From an uncultured Acidobacteriota bacterium (lineage in GTDB: Bacteria > Acidobacteriota > Terriglobia > Versatilivoradales > Versatilivoraceae): 64,000 bases of DNA. Shown piece by piece: positions 18,526-29,123 of this stretch. Position numbers and translations under genes: made by a program. Every line of letters begins with the position of its first letter. The stretch's first letter is position 1. Under the pieces are notes generated by a model, which was not told the DNA's origin, did not search any database, and saw only the letters and a list, made by a program, of their open reading frames with translations. The stretch covers positions 7,601-71,600 of the forward strand of contig CAWDMN010000105.1 of the NCBI GenBank assembly GCA_963803155.1. Reading direction: 5' to 3'.

Positions 18526-20979
18526 ATGGAAAAATCAGATCGCCGTACCCCGAAATCAAAATTCAAGATTCTGTCTTTTCCCCTCGCGGATTCCACCTGG
18601 AAGCGGCTGGCGCATTGGGTGTATGGAGGAATTCTTGTCGCGGGATTATCAATCCTGCTGACTCTGTTATTTTCGGGGTATCCCCGCATTCTTATTCCCG
18701 TGTATCGTCCTGGGGATATTGCCCGAGCGGATGTGATATCCCCAGTCGATTTGACCGTGGAGGACGCCGCCAGCCGGGAAGTCCTGAAAGAAGCCGCCCG
18801 GCTAGGCGTGCCTCCAATCTACCGCTATGACCCGGACTTGGTGGACCAGCTCTCCCTTCGTCTGAACCGCCTCTTTTCCATCTGCCAGTCCATTCGAGCT
18901 CCCGATTATGCCGCAAATTTGAAGTCTTCATCATCTCGCCGGGTTGGCGGCGCCAAGATGAGTGGCCATTTCAAATCAACTGAGCCGGGCGGGATCAACC
19001 TTCCCAAGAAAGGGAAAGCAAGCCAGGGAACGGTTGGGGCCGGAAAAGCTCCGGTCGATTCTGCTCTGCGCGCCCTGATGGCGGAATTGAATTTGCTTCA
19101 TCCCAGCCTCGCGACAGCGAAGATGCTCAACCTGCTGGCGGGGAAAAACTTCAATGCCGAATTTGCCCGCAAGGTAATTGAGACTCTCCGCCAATATCAG
19201 GGGCTTTACGTCCGCGACAGCCGGATACTGGTTCATCGCGGGAATACAGTTCAAATCATCAATCAGCGGTCTCGGCGCGAAAGTAGCGCGCCATGGAATC
19301 AAGTTTACTCCGTGGAGATGCTTCGCGATAAGGCCGCTCAAGCCCTTTCGGAAAAAGTCGAAACTGAGAATAAAGACGATCAGGAGGCCCCGCGACAATT
19401 TTCGGTCCTTCTGCAACCCAACCTGACTCCGGATCCGACCCTAACCGAAGCCCGTCAAGCTCAGGCGGCTGGGACGGTCGGACCGGTTTTACTTCAACTC
19501 AAGAAGGGAAAGGTAATAGTCCGGCAGGGGGATGAGGTTCGTGACGAGCAAATGAGCCAGCTTGAGGCAGTGCGAAATCTCTCCATCTCCGCCGGATCTC
19601 CACTCGATCGGATTGCCAAGGTCGCGCTGATTGCAGTTCTATTGGGGCTCTTCGGTTACTTTCAGGGGCGCTTGAAAGAACAGGACAAAAGTCTGTCCAT
19701 CAGATATGGTCTGCCGGCTTTTATCTTGGTGGCACATATTTTGCTGCTCAAGGGTTTCTCATCTCTGCTCAACTCTCTTGGATTTCAGTGGGCTTTTTCC
19801 TCGGCCGAGGGAGGATTTTGGGCTCTCCCCTTTGCCTTCGGCGGAATGCTGATCACGCTCCTCAAAGGTGAACTGACAGGTGTGCTATTCATCATTTTTA
19901 GTGGCATCTTATCCCTTCTGGGGTGGACACCGCCCGCCATGAACAGTGTTTATGTGTTTGCGGTGGGATTCCTCGGAGTGTTGGCGATCCGCAATACTCA
20001 ACAACGGATCGGAATTCTCAGCGCCGGGCTTAAGACCGTGTTCATGAATGCTACCTTGTTGCTCTTGCTCTGGGTGAGTTTTGGGAGAGGAATCGAGCAA
20101 CCCGGATTGACATCCTCTTTGCTGGCCGCCGCCGTGAGCGGACTTATCTGCGGGGCTCTTATTGTCATCGTGCTTCCGGTTTGTGAGAGGCTATTTAATG
20201 TCACTACGGATATCCGCTTGCTGGAACTGAGTAATATGAATTTGCCGGCACTGCGCGACTTGGTGGTGAAAGCTCCGGGGACCTATAACCACAGCATCAC
20301 GGTGGGACTGCTCGCCGAAGGAGCGGCCAAAACCGTCGGACTGAATCCATTATTCTTGCGGGTGGCCGCGCTCTATCACGATTTGGGAAAGATTGAACAT
20401 CCGGAAGCTTTCATCGAAAATCAACATGGCCGCGACATTCATGATGACTTGAGCCCTGAGGACAGTGTTGCCTTGCTGCGCGAACATGTTTTGGCGGGCG
20501 GCCGGATTGCGGCGGCAGCCCGGCTTCCCGCGCGACTGAGCGACATTATCGTTCAACATCATGGCAGCCGCCTGATCCAGAGTTTCTTTTCCAAGGCGCA
20601 GAAACGGGCGGGAGACGAAGCGGAGGAACTTCAAGATGAGGATTTCCGCTATCCGGGACCGAAACCCCAAACCAAAGAAGCTGCCATCATCATGATGGCC
20701 GATACCGTGGAAGCCGCGGCGCGTGCTTCTCAGAATCGTTCCGAGGAACATTTATGGGCTTTGATTCAGAAGCTGGTCTCCGTGATGGCCGCCGACGGGC
20801 AGTTTTCCCAATGCAATATTACTTTGGGGGAATTAGATCGGATTGGCTTTAGCTTCCTTGAGACTCTTTCGGGGATTTATCACCATCGTGTGGATTACCC
20901 CGGCATAAGCCTGGAGAAGAGAAAACCGGCAAGAGAAGAGAGGCTATCTAAATCCAGGAGCCGGGGGAAGGACGCATAA
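18526..20979 (+). CDS. 7TM-HD phosphohydrolase (PgpH-like cyclic-di-AMP phosphodiesterase family)
   Basis: Extracytoplasmic 7TMR-HDED region, multiple TM helices, APGTYNHS, YHDLGK, QHHGS, FRYPGPKPQTKEAAIIMMAD. Confidence 0.9.
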   Translation: MEKSDRRTPKSKFKILSFPLADSTWKRLAHWVYGGILVAGLSILLTLLFSGYPRILIPVYRPGDIARADVISPVDLTVEDAASREVLKEAARLGVPPIYRYDPDLVDQLSLRLNRLFSICQSIRAPDYAANLKSSSSRRVGGAKMSGHFKSTEPGGINLPKKGKASQGTVGAGKAPVDSALRALMAELNLLHPSLATAKMLNLLAGKNFNAEFARKVIETLRQYQGLYVRDSRILVHRGNTVQIINQRSRRESSAPWNQVYSVEMLRDKAAQALSEKVETENKDDQEAPRQFSVLLQPNLTPDPTLTEARQAQAAGTVGPVLLQLKKGKVIVRQGDEVRDEQMSQLEAVRNLSISAGSPLDRIAKVALIAVLLGLFGYFQGRLKEQDKSLSIRYGLPAFILVAHILLLKGFSSLLNSLGFQWAFSSAEGGFWALPFAFGGMLITLLKGELTGVLFIIFSGILSLLGWTPPAMNSVYVFAVGFLGVLAIRNTQQRIGILSAGLKTVFMNATLLLLLWVSFGRGIEQPGLTSSLLAAAVSGLICGALIVIVLPVCERLFNVTTDIRLLELSNMNLPALRDLVVKAPGTYNHSITVGLLAEGAAKTVGLNPLFLRVAALYHDLGKIEHPEAFIENQHGRDIHDDLSPEDSVALLREHVLAGGRIAAAARLPARLSDIIVQHHGSRLIQSFFSKAQKRAGDEAEELQDEDFRYPGPKPQTKEAAIIMMADTVEAAARASQNRSEEHLWALIQKLVSVMAADGQFSQCNITLGELDRIGFSFLETLSGIYHHRVDYPGISLEKRKPAREERLSKSRSRGKDA

Positions 20980-21098
20980 TCTGGAATCGTTTTAGCGGCT
21001 TCTCCTCGGGTGGTCATGAGCCCTGCAACGGATTCTCAGCTAATCTTTGGCTCTGTCATGAATTGCCGGGTGAAAAAAAGAAGGAATCGGCGGGGCAC

Positions 21099-21204
21099 AA
21101 GGTGGAACGTGCTTGGGTGACGAAGTCGCCCTTCGCACATCCGCTCTGCCAACCCGTCTTACAATGCAAGGCGGAGAGTCGCGCGAAGGATCCCGCGATC
21201 CACC
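21099..21204. repeat. REP-like hairpin, same family as 18014-18096
   Basis: AAGGTGGA...CGCGCGAAGGATC.CGCG..CCACC shared between the two sites. Confidence 0.6.
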
Positions 21205-21444
21205 CGCTGGCTCAGACTAAATCGGCAAAGCAATGCGGGGATCCTGGTAATGTAATTGCCATGCCTTGGGCCTCTCCTCGCTTTAGGGTGATAGTTTCTC
21301 TTCTGCCTTTTATTCGATCCGTGCATAATAGTCAAAATCATTGAAGCGTGGCACCAGTAAGCCTCTCTTCCGACCGGATACATTCTTCCGGGTAATCTGG
21401 CGGTACGTCAGCAGAGTCCGCCTGATGATCTTCGAATAGATTCC

Positions 21445-22434
21445 ATGCCAGCACTCTTGCGAACTCAACTGCTCCAATTCAATCACTATGTAGAGAACCG
21501 GATGTTTCTGGTGGTGTTTTCCGGCATGCTAATGGGATGGTTCTTCCCGGAATTCTCCGGCTGGAAAGGAGCAGTCCCTTTCCTTTTTGGATATATGACG
21601 TTGGTGACCGCTCTCAATATCAGTTGGAGGGAAATCCGTGCCGTGGCATATTTCCCCATCCCCGTCCTGGCAACTTGGGCCGTGGTCCATCTTGTCATGC
21701 CGCTGGTGTCCCTGATCGCTTCCCATTTATTTCTACCCTCCGGTTCTCCCTTTCTTGTGGGGGCGTCACTGGTGATGATGATCCCGATCGGAGTTGTCTC
21801 CATCATCTGGACCAATGTTTCCCAAGGGGAACCTCCGTTTGCTTTGACTGCCGTGGCCATGGATTCATTGCTCAGTCCCGTAGTTCTCTCCGCCTCGGTA
21901 TGGCTCTTCCTCGGTAGGGCAGTGGCATTTGACGCCCGGAGCTTGATGGTGGGTCTCTTTTGGATGATTGTCCTTCCCACGATCGTTGGAATTAGCTTGC
22001 ACGATTTAAGCCGTGGCCAATTGGGGCCCCGGTACGCCCATTTGAACGGACCGATTTCCAAACTTTTTCTGATGATGGTAGTGACCATTAATATCGCGGC
22101 GGCCCGGGGAATTTTGATTGGATTTAAAAGTTCGGTGGCCGGCCTGGTATTACTCCTGGTCTTGCAGAGCAGTTTGGGTTTTGTCGCCGGATATGGAGCC
22201 GGACGCTTATTGGGATATCCCGCCCCGCGTATTAGGACTATGACTTTTTGTTGCGGAATGAGAAACATCAGCGCTGGCATTGTGATCGCTCTGCGCTATT
22301 TTTCTCCCGCGGTGGCAATCCCGGTCATTCTCACTATCATGCTTCAGCAGCCGATGGCGGCATTGGCGCAAAGACTCATGCTGGGGAAACGGATCAATGG
22401 CGGTCTTGAAAACTCATCGAGTGAACTTACCTGA
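21445..22434 (+). CDS. Bile acid:sodium symporter family transporter
   Basis: About 9-10 TM helices, P.GV.S..WT, GMRNISAG motif. Confidence 0.85.
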   Translation: MPALLRTQLLQFNHYVENRMFLVVFSGMLMGWFFPEFSGWKGAVPFLFGYMTLVTALNISWREIRAVAYFPIPVLATWAVVHLVMPLVSLIASHLFLPSGSPFLVGASLVMMIPIGVVSIIWTNVSQGEPPFALTAVAMDSLLSPVVLSASVWLFLGRAVAFDARSLMVGLFWMIVLPTIVGISLHDLSRGQLGPRYAHLNGPISKLFLMMVVTINIAAARGILIGFKSSVAGLVLLLVLQSSLGFVAGYGAGRLLGYPAPRIRTMTFCCGMRNISAGIVIALRYFSPAVAIPVILTIMLQQPMAALAQRLMLGKRINGGLENSSSELT

Positions 22435-22585
22435 TTTCCGGCTGGTATGAAATACGGCTAAGCGATAAAATAGTGTTGCTTGCCTGTAATAAAGACAATG
22501 GATTTCGATCCCGGATTTAAATGCCATGGGGCTCTATCCCTCCCCAAACAATTAATAATGGTCAATTTTTCTCTTTAGAAGAGCT

Positions 22586-23602
22586 ATGAAACGGCGTCTC
22601 TTTTTGCAATCATTGATGACGGTGATGGCTAGTTCAATCCATTCCCGTCTTTATGCGACTCAGGGAATGATAATTCAAACCGTTCGGGGCCCATTGTCGG
22701 CGGATCAGTTGGGGATGACGCTAATCCATGAGCATGTCCTGGTTGACTTCGGTGGCGCGGCTATCGAAGGGGAAAAGAGGTACGATCCGGAAGAGGTCTT
22801 TCAAGTGGCATTGCCTCATTTAATCCGGATTCGGAAATTAGGTTGCCGCACTTTGGTGGAATGTACGCCTGTTTATTTGGGGAGAAATCCACTTTTGCTG
22901 AAGCGGCTGGCCAAAGTTAGCGGCCTGAATATCCTGACCAACACCGGATATTACGGAGCTGCCGGGGACAAAGGAATTCCTCCCCACGCGTATACGGAAT
23001 CCGCCGAACAGTTGTCCCAACGGTGGATCCAGGAATTTCGGGAAGGAATTGGAAAGACGGGCATCAAGCCAGCTTTTATCAAGACGGGAGTCGATGGGGC
23101 ACCTCTCTCTGAAATTGATGCAAAGCTGGTTCTGGCGGCGGCTCTGACTCATCTGGCTACAGGCCTCATCATTGCCGCACATACCACCAGTGGAGCGGCA
23201 GCCCTCCAGGAAGTTGAGATTCTGCGCAAGGCTGGGGTCAGTCCTCCTGCCTGGATTTGGGTGCATGCCCAGGCAGAATCTGATGTTGCTATTATTCTGG
23301 AGGTGGCCCGGCAGGGGGCCTGGATCTCTCTCGACGGGATAGGGGAGAAATCCGTGGATCAGCATATAAGCCTAGTCAAAACCTTGAAGCGAGAGAAGCT
23401 GCTAAGTCAGCTGCTTCTTTCTCAAGATGCCGGCTGGTACCATGTAGGAGAACCGGAAGGAGGAGAATTCAAGCCGTTTGATTTTCTTTTCGCGCGATTC
23501 GTCCCTGCGCTGCGTAAAGAAGGATTCGCCAAAGAGGAGATCCGACAGCTATTGGTCGATAATCCCCGCCGCGCATTGACTCCCGCGATTCGTCGGGTAT
23601 GA
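22586..23602 (+). CDS. Phosphotriesterase-related amidohydrolase
   Basis: TLIHEHV, GRNP..L, IKTG, AHT, WVHA, LSQDAG, DNPRR. Confidence 0.9.
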   Translation: MKRRLFLQSLMTVMASSIHSRLYATQGMIIQTVRGPLSADQLGMTLIHEHVLVDFGGAAIEGEKRYDPEEVFQVALPHLIRIRKLGCRTLVECTPVYLGRNPLLLKRLAKVSGLNILTNTGYYGAAGDKGIPPHAYTESAEQLSQRWIQEFREGIGKTGIKPAFIKTGVDGAPLSEIDAKLVLAAALTHLATGLIIAAHTTSGAAALQEVEILRKAGVSPPAWIWVHAQAESDVAIILEVARQGAWISLDGIGEKSVDQHISLVKTLKREKLLSQLLLSQDAGWYHVGEPEGGEFKPFDFLFARFVPALRKEGFAKEEIRQLLVDNPRRALTPAIRRV

Positions 23603-23848
23603 AATTGGATTGTATCAAAAATTAGATTCCGCACTTTGCTTTGGTTGAGATCATCACTCCAGTGTTACACCGCTGCTTCAAAAACACGCGACGCAGGGGG
23701 ACATTACCGCGAACTGCATGATTTGCCCGGTGGCGGATGTTGACTCTTCAGCTGAATGTTTTGTTCTTTTTTCACATAAATCAATACCATCTGAAGAAGC
23801 CATTTTCTTCTACAATTTCCGATTTGAAAACGCTGATTTGGAGGTTTT

Positions 23849-24937
23849 ATGAAAACATGGCAGACTGCTTTTTTCTTGCTGGTGGCGTGCGGTTGCTTGC
23901 TATTTCCAACCCAAGAAGTTTTGGGCGCCGCACCTCTTCCCATCCGAGGAATTCATTTGAGCGCCCCCGCGCCAGGGGATCTGAACCTTTTTGTCAAATT
24001 CATTGAAGAAGCGCTCCCTCGCGAAGGCGTCAACCTGCTAGTGGTGGAATTTAATTATCATTATAAATTCACAAAACGGCCTGAGGTGGCAGACTCGGAC
24101 GCTCTTTCCCGTGAAGAGTTGCAGAGCATTTTGGCGGCGTGCAAGAAAGCTGGCGTCCAATTGGTTCCCATGATCAATTGCCTCGGGCATCAATCCTGGG
24201 CCAAAACGACTTTTGGATTGCTCAGGTCACATCCGGAACTGGATGAAACACCGGGCCAATATCCTCAAAATGAAAAAATCTACTGCCGGAGTTATTGCCC
24301 TCTCCACCCAGAATTGCACCCTATCCTTTTTGACTTGATCGATGAATTGGCCGACGTTTGTGAAGCCAAGGCATTTCATGTGGGGATGGATGAAGTATTT
24401 CTTCTTGGCGAAGCCGAGTGCCCGCGTTGTCGAGGCAAGAATAAAGCGGAATTGTTTGCCGGAGAGGTGAAAGCCTTACATGATCACCTGGCAAATTCAG
24501 GCCGGAACCTCTGGCTTTGGGGAGACCGATTTTTGGATGGATCTTTCAGTGGGTTGGGGGAATGGGAAGCCAGTCAGAATGGGACCGCACCCGCACTGGA
24601 TTTAGTGCCCAGGGACATCGTCATTTGCGATTGGCATTACGAACGGGCTGAACCCACCGGCGCATTTTTTGCGGTCAAAGGATTCCCCTTCGTCGCATCG
24701 CCGTGGCGAAAGGCCGAAGTGGCGTTGGCCGGGCTTCAGGCCGTCCGGATGATCCGAGAGCAGTCCAATGAAAAACTAGCCAGCATGGCAATGGGAATAC
24801 TTCACACGACTTGGTGTAATCCCGCTGCATTCATTAAGGCTTATCGCGGCGAGACCAATCTGCCACTGGATGCCATTGAGTCGGCGCATACCTTCAAAGC
24901 TCTATTTGCACAGATCCGCAATGCCGGTTTGAATTAA
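23849..24937 (+). CDS. Family 20 glycoside hydrolase-like protein
   Basis: Signal peptide, NCLGHQ, FHVGMDEV catalytic motif, ICDWHY. Confidence 0.8.
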   Translation: MKTWQTAFFLLVACGCLLFPTQEVLGAAPLPIRGIHLSAPAPGDLNLFVKFIEEALPREGVNLLVVEFNYHYKFTKRPEVADSDALSREELQSILAACKKAGVQLVPMINCLGHQSWAKTTFGLLRSHPELDETPGQYPQNEKIYCRSYCPLHPELHPILFDLIDELADVCEAKAFHVGMDEVFLLGEAECPRCRGKNKAELFAGEVKALHDHLANSGRNLWLWGDRFLDGSFSGLGEWEASQNGTAPALDLVPRDIVICDWHYERAEPTGAFFAVKGFPFVASPWRKAEVALAGLQAVRMIREQSNEKLASMAMGILHTTWCNPAAFIKAYRGETNLPLDAIESAHTFKALFAQIRNAGLN

Positions 24938-24970
24938 ATATTTTGTGATTACTCTATACCTCCCTGTGTC

Positions 24971-25064
24971 GTAGCCACGCTCGGGCGCATTTTGCGAGGC
25001 GTGGAGGTTGGCATCACAGCTCAACGCCCACGGCTTCCGCCTTAAGCGAACTCACCGTGGCTAC
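24971..25064. repeat. GTAG-type REP doublet (REPIN-like)
   Basis: GTAGCCACG...CGTGGCTAC; homologous to 48514-48594. Confidence 0.65.
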
Positions 25065-25124
25065 CCGTTATCCTGGGCCTGAGCAGTTACAATATTTCAA
25101 TATTTAATTTAAATCCAACGGTTA

Positions 25125-26396
25125 TTATTGGAGGTCTTTTTTGTGTGGTCGGAGCCGATTAAATTCCGCTCCGGAAATGATGTAGTACCAGTCGGCAAAA
25201 CGGTTCCGCAATTCATCCGCGATCCTCTTGCCGCGATCGGATGGGGTAGAGCCTTCCTCCGCGTATTTGGCTGCTCTTTCGGCAGTGTAATTGACGGTGA
25301 TAAACAGATAACGCCTCTCTTCGGGAGGTGAGCTCTTTTCTTTGCCGGCCTCGGCCGCAGGCTTGCCCGCGGTTGCATATTCCGCCGCCGCGGCAGAGCT
25401 GCCGGCCGCGATTTCTCCAAAACGCAGAGTATACTGTAATCCTGAGACAGTCTCGGCCATGATCTCTCCCTCGTTGGAGAGCAACTGCCCCATCGGGGTG
25501 ACAAAGAAACCTTTCTGCCGCAGGGAAAGAATGGATTCCGGAGAGAGCCGGATTCCTTCGGGCGTCTTTAAGTCCTGACTCAATCCCATGGGTTTGGGCT
25601 GGACATCCACAATTTTCAAATTGGCGAGAGCGGTCAACAGTTGATCGACTCTTGCTTGCCTGGGGGTACCACTGGCCCCAAGGGTCCACTGCCCCTTGCT
25701 TTTGATCAGGCTGATGCTTTCGACATTTTGAAGCGTTCCCATGTTCTCATTGATGGAGTAACTGTTCACCACGATTTTGCGAATGTCGCCAGCGGAGACT
25801 TTGAGCAGATCGGTTTCAATCCAGTCCTGAAAACGGGCCGAAGGTTCCGCATCGGTTTTGACCATATAGGTGCGTGGCTGGCTTGGAATGCGCATGTAAC
25901 GGAATCCCGCCTTTCCCTCCACATTCTTCCCAATGATGAAATCCGCCAGGACCGCGTTTTGTTCATTGCGCAGGGTCACTCGTTTGCCTCGCCCCGCCAG
26001 GCTGGGATTGTTCGGGTCCAGCGGATCGATGACCCCGTATCGGGCATGATCGTCAGTGCGATCGGAAACGATGGCATCTTTCTTGAGTTCAACCAGAGTG
26101 GCGGCCGTCTTTGCCAGCCGCTCTTGAGCGTCGGCCGGATATCCATAATGCGAGGGAATGCTCCAGCGGCGATTCTTATACTCCACTTTCAGGGGGCGAG
26201 CCGTGGCGGTGGACTCGTCGTAGTCCACAACCTCGATGACTTTTGGCGTTTGAGGATCCGTGAATTGCGGATAAAAAATTTGCCCCTGGTCGTCATGCCG
26301 GCGGGATGGATTTAACGTGGGCTGATAGTTCAGAACCACGATGAGCAGCAGGACTGCCACTCCACAAAAGACGAAAGTTTTGATGAATTCTTTCAT
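25125..26396 (-). CDS. DUF4340 domain protein
   Basis: N-terminal TM, YPAD motif, follows Gld-type ABC genes. Confidence 0.75.
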   Translation of the reverse strand: MKEFIKTFVFCGVAVLLLIVVLNYQPTLNPSRRHDDQGQIFYPQFTDPQTPKVIEVVDYDESTATARPLKVEYKNRRWSIPSHYGYPADAQERLAKTAATLVELKKDAIVSDRTDDHARYGVIDPLDPNNPSLAGRGKRVTLRNEQNAVLADFIIGKNVEGKAGFRYMRIPSQPRTYMVKTDAEPSARFQDWIETDLLKVSAGDIRKIVVNSYSINENMGTLQNVESISLIKSKGQWTLGASGTPRQARVDQLLTALANLKIVDVQPKPMGLSQDLKTPEGIRLSPESILSLRQKGFFVTPMGQLLSNEGEIMAETVSGLQYTLRFGEIAAGSSAAAAEYATAGKPAAEAGKEKSSPPEERRYLFITVNYTAERAAKYAEEGSTPSDRGKRIADELRNRFADWYYIISGAEFNRLRPHKKDLQ

Positions 26397-26489
26397 AATC
26401 AATTCAGATGCCGTTGTTTTCGAGTTATTTTTGCTTTTTGGAGTTTTGCGAATTCTCAGTGTTTCGTGAGTGATCAAACTTTCGCGATC

Positions 26490-29123
26490 TTACCGTTGCC
26501 GCAAAACCAACCGATCCGTGGAGACTCCCAATTTCTCCCTCCTCAGACGGCGCAGGGAGACTGCGATAAACAACAGGAAAGCGGGAATGGGCGGCAAGGC
26601 TACGGCCAAGAGCTTAATGGTGTTTTGAATCCGACGAATCGAGAGTTCCATGTCGGCCCGGCTCTGCTCGATTTGGCGTTGGCGTTCATCTTCAATGCTG
26701 GTCCGCGCCACGGATAACCTTCGGCTTTCAATCTTCTGCTGATTGGCGATCATGATCTGCTTTGTCCGTTCGTCCAGGTCCGGCCGGTTTCCCAGCTGCT
26801 GGACCGCTCGGTCCAGACGGGCTTGTGCCTCACTCAACTTCTGTTGGGCATCTCGCTCGGCTTCCTGGGTCTCCTTCAAACGTTGTTCTTCATATATCCG
26901 GGTCCGGGCTTCCACGGCCTCCAGAGTGCGGTGACGCGGGCGGCGCTTGCGCAAGGCAATAAAGGACTCGTCGCCAGCCAATTGGTCTACGGCATTTAAC
27001 AGAAAGGTGACATTGTCGAAGTTGAGGTTTTCGACTCCCTCTTTTCTGAGCTGGAAAAATTGTTCCCCCATCATATCCACATCGGCGATGACTATTGCAT
27101 TGACGGCCGACTCCGCCTGTCTTCCCTTGATGCGCGCCGCCACTACGTATGACTCCTTGGTGGTTTCATGAGGAAGTCCGGAAACCATTTGCGGGCCGAA
27201 AAGAGAAGGTTGAACCAGTCGGGACCAACGGATCAAACCTGATTCCTTTCCGGTTTCAAGCAAAGGGGAAAAGGCTCCGCCATTTCCGCGTGGCTTCAGT
27301 CGTCCCGCATAAATTAAAGCCATTTCCTGCAGTCCGGAGGAGACAGCCTCACGCGAATTGAAGGAGGAAGCCTCACGATTGGCTGCCGACAAAAAAACCA
27401 CTTCGGGGGGGAGGGAGCGCAGTTGGGGATGCGGATTGTATTTGCTCCAAACAATTTGATCCTCGGGCCAATCGACACCCAAAACATCCATCAAAGGCCG
27501 CACGCTGGTATTCTTTTTCTCAGGTGCAGGCGACATGGAGAATGGGCTGGCGGGAAGCTGCCCGGGAGAAAGATCGATGTTGAAGGCGGTCAGCGGATCC
27601 ACCAGCAGGAGCAGAGGTTTTCCCGTTTTGACGTAATCGGTAAGGCGCATTAATTCCGTGGCCTGAAGAGTGTGAGGCAACGCAACGATCAGCACATCCA
27701 GGCCGGGCGGGTAATCTTGCCCCGGAGGGACTTGAGTGACTTCATATTGCTTGCGCAGTTCCTCTATAATCGACCAGTCCGTGGTTTGACGCCGCGTCTG
27801 AAAATCAAAGCCGCCGATAAGTTGAGCTCCGGTTTGCAGGATTCCCACCTTCCTCCGGGTTGCTCCGGAAACCACCCGGACCGAACGCATCAGCTCGTAT
27901 TCCACGGGAAGCCCGGGATCGAAAAAGGGAATTGCAAATTCCTGCGAACCACATTGCAAGCCAATCCCCAGGAAGATTTCATTCGGACTTCCCGGAGTGA
28001 GCTGTGACGGGGGAATTCGCTGTGCCCGGATGTTGAAACGTTCCTGAGCCTCGCGGGCGGCAGGGGTGAATTTTTCCGCATCGATGATTTTTACTTGAAT
28101 CCGCCCCCTTCCTCGGGCTGCAAATTCCTGCAAAGTGGAGACGATGTTATTGCGGGGGATCAAATAATTGCGCGGGACTTGTGGGCTCAGGTAAGCCTGG
28201 ATATAAACGGGCCGTGCCGGATCAAGGCTGGAAATCAACCGGATAGTATCGGTGGAGAGGGAGTGGATTTTCTCTTCGGTGACATCCAGACGGTATCCCC
28301 ATCGCTGTGTGAGCAAGGTCAGGCAGGCCACAATCACCAATAGAGCGACACATCTCAGCAGATAATGGCGGCCCATTTTTACGCTCTTCTTCCCGGTGGG
28401 CCAGAGCCTCCGCCCGAGCAATCCCACATTGAGGTATAACATGGCGGCCGCAAAAGTTATAAAATAAATCACGGAAGAAAGCGTGACGATTCCGCTCGCC
28501 ATGTCTTTGAATTGTTGCCGGAAGCTGAAACCCTCCACCAGTTGCAGCCAGCGGCCGCTGAGGAGAACTCCGGCATGATCAAAAAAGACAGGGACTGCAC
28601 AAAAAAGGGCGCCAAGAATAAAGGCAATCGTGAGATTGGCAGTCAAAAGAGAGGCAACCATCCCCAGGCTTAACAAGGCAGCGCCCATCAGCCAGTAACC
28701 CAGGTACGTGGAAAACATCAGCCCGGGATCCGGGTTGCCAAGCCAACTTAGAACGATGACATGACTAAGAGAAAAAACCAAAGCAATGGTGTAAATGGCC
28801 AGCATGGAGGCGTATTTGCCAAGAGTGATTCCAAAATCAGAAACGGGGAGGGTCAACAGGAGCTCATCGGTCCCATTCTTTTTCTCTTCGGCCCAGCACC
28901 CCATGGTGATGGCGGGGATAAAGAAGACCAGCAGGTAGGGGAAGAGCGCGTTCAGAGGATCGAGATTCGCCAAATTGTTGGCAAAAAAACTCTCTTGCCA
29001 AAAGGCGGCAATGGCGCTCAAAAAGACAAAAAGCGTGATGAATACATAACCATTCGGACTGCTGAAGTAACCGGCCAACTCACGTTTAAAAACAGCCAAT
29101 GGAAGCTTCCAACGCCGGATCAT
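26490..29123 (-). CDS. GldF/GldG-like fused ABC permease and auxiliary component
   Basis: FKRELAGYFSSP, WAEEKKNGTDELLLTLP, LDVTEEKIHSLS, FLLNAVDQL. Confidence 0.88.
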   Translation of the reverse strand: MIRRWKLPLAVFKRELAGYFSSPNGYVFITLFVFLSAIAAFWQESFFANNLANLDPLNALFPYLLVFFIPAITMGCWAEEKKNGTDELLLTLPVSDFGITLGKYASMLAIYTIALVFSLSHVIVLSWLGNPDPGLMFSTYLGYWLMGAALLSLGMVASLLTANLTIAFILGALFCAVPVFFDHAGVLLSGRWLQLVEGFSFRQQFKDMASGIVTLSSVIYFITFAAAMLYLNVGLLGRRLWPTGKKSVKMGRHYLLRCVALLVIVACLTLLTQRWGYRLDVTEEKIHSLSTDTIRLISSLDPARPVYIQAYLSPQVPRNYLIPRNNIVSTLQEFAARGRGRIQVKIIDAEKFTPAAREAQERFNIRAQRIPPSQLTPGSPNEIFLGIGLQCGSQEFAIPFFDPGLPVEYELMRSVRVVSGATRRKVGILQTGAQLIGGFDFQTRRQTTDWSIIEELRKQYEVTQVPPGQDYPPGLDVLIVALPHTLQATELMRLTDYVKTGKPLLLLVDPLTAFNIDLSPGQLPASPFSMSPAPEKKNTSVRPLMDVLGVDWPEDQIVWSKYNPHPQLRSLPPEVVFLSAANREASSFNSREAVSSGLQEMALIYAGRLKPRGNGGAFSPLLETGKESGLIRWSRLVQPSLFGPQMVSGLPHETTKESYVVAARIKGRQAESAVNAIVIADVDMMGEQFFQLRKEGVENLNFDNVTFLLNAVDQLAGDESFIALRKRRPRHRTLEAVEARTRIYEEQRLKETQEAERDAQQKLSEAQARLDRAVQQLGNRPDLDERTKQIMIANQQKIESRRLSVARTSIEDERQRQIEQSRADMELSIRRIQNTIKLLAVALPPIPAFLLFIAVSLRRLRREKLGVSTDRLVLRQR

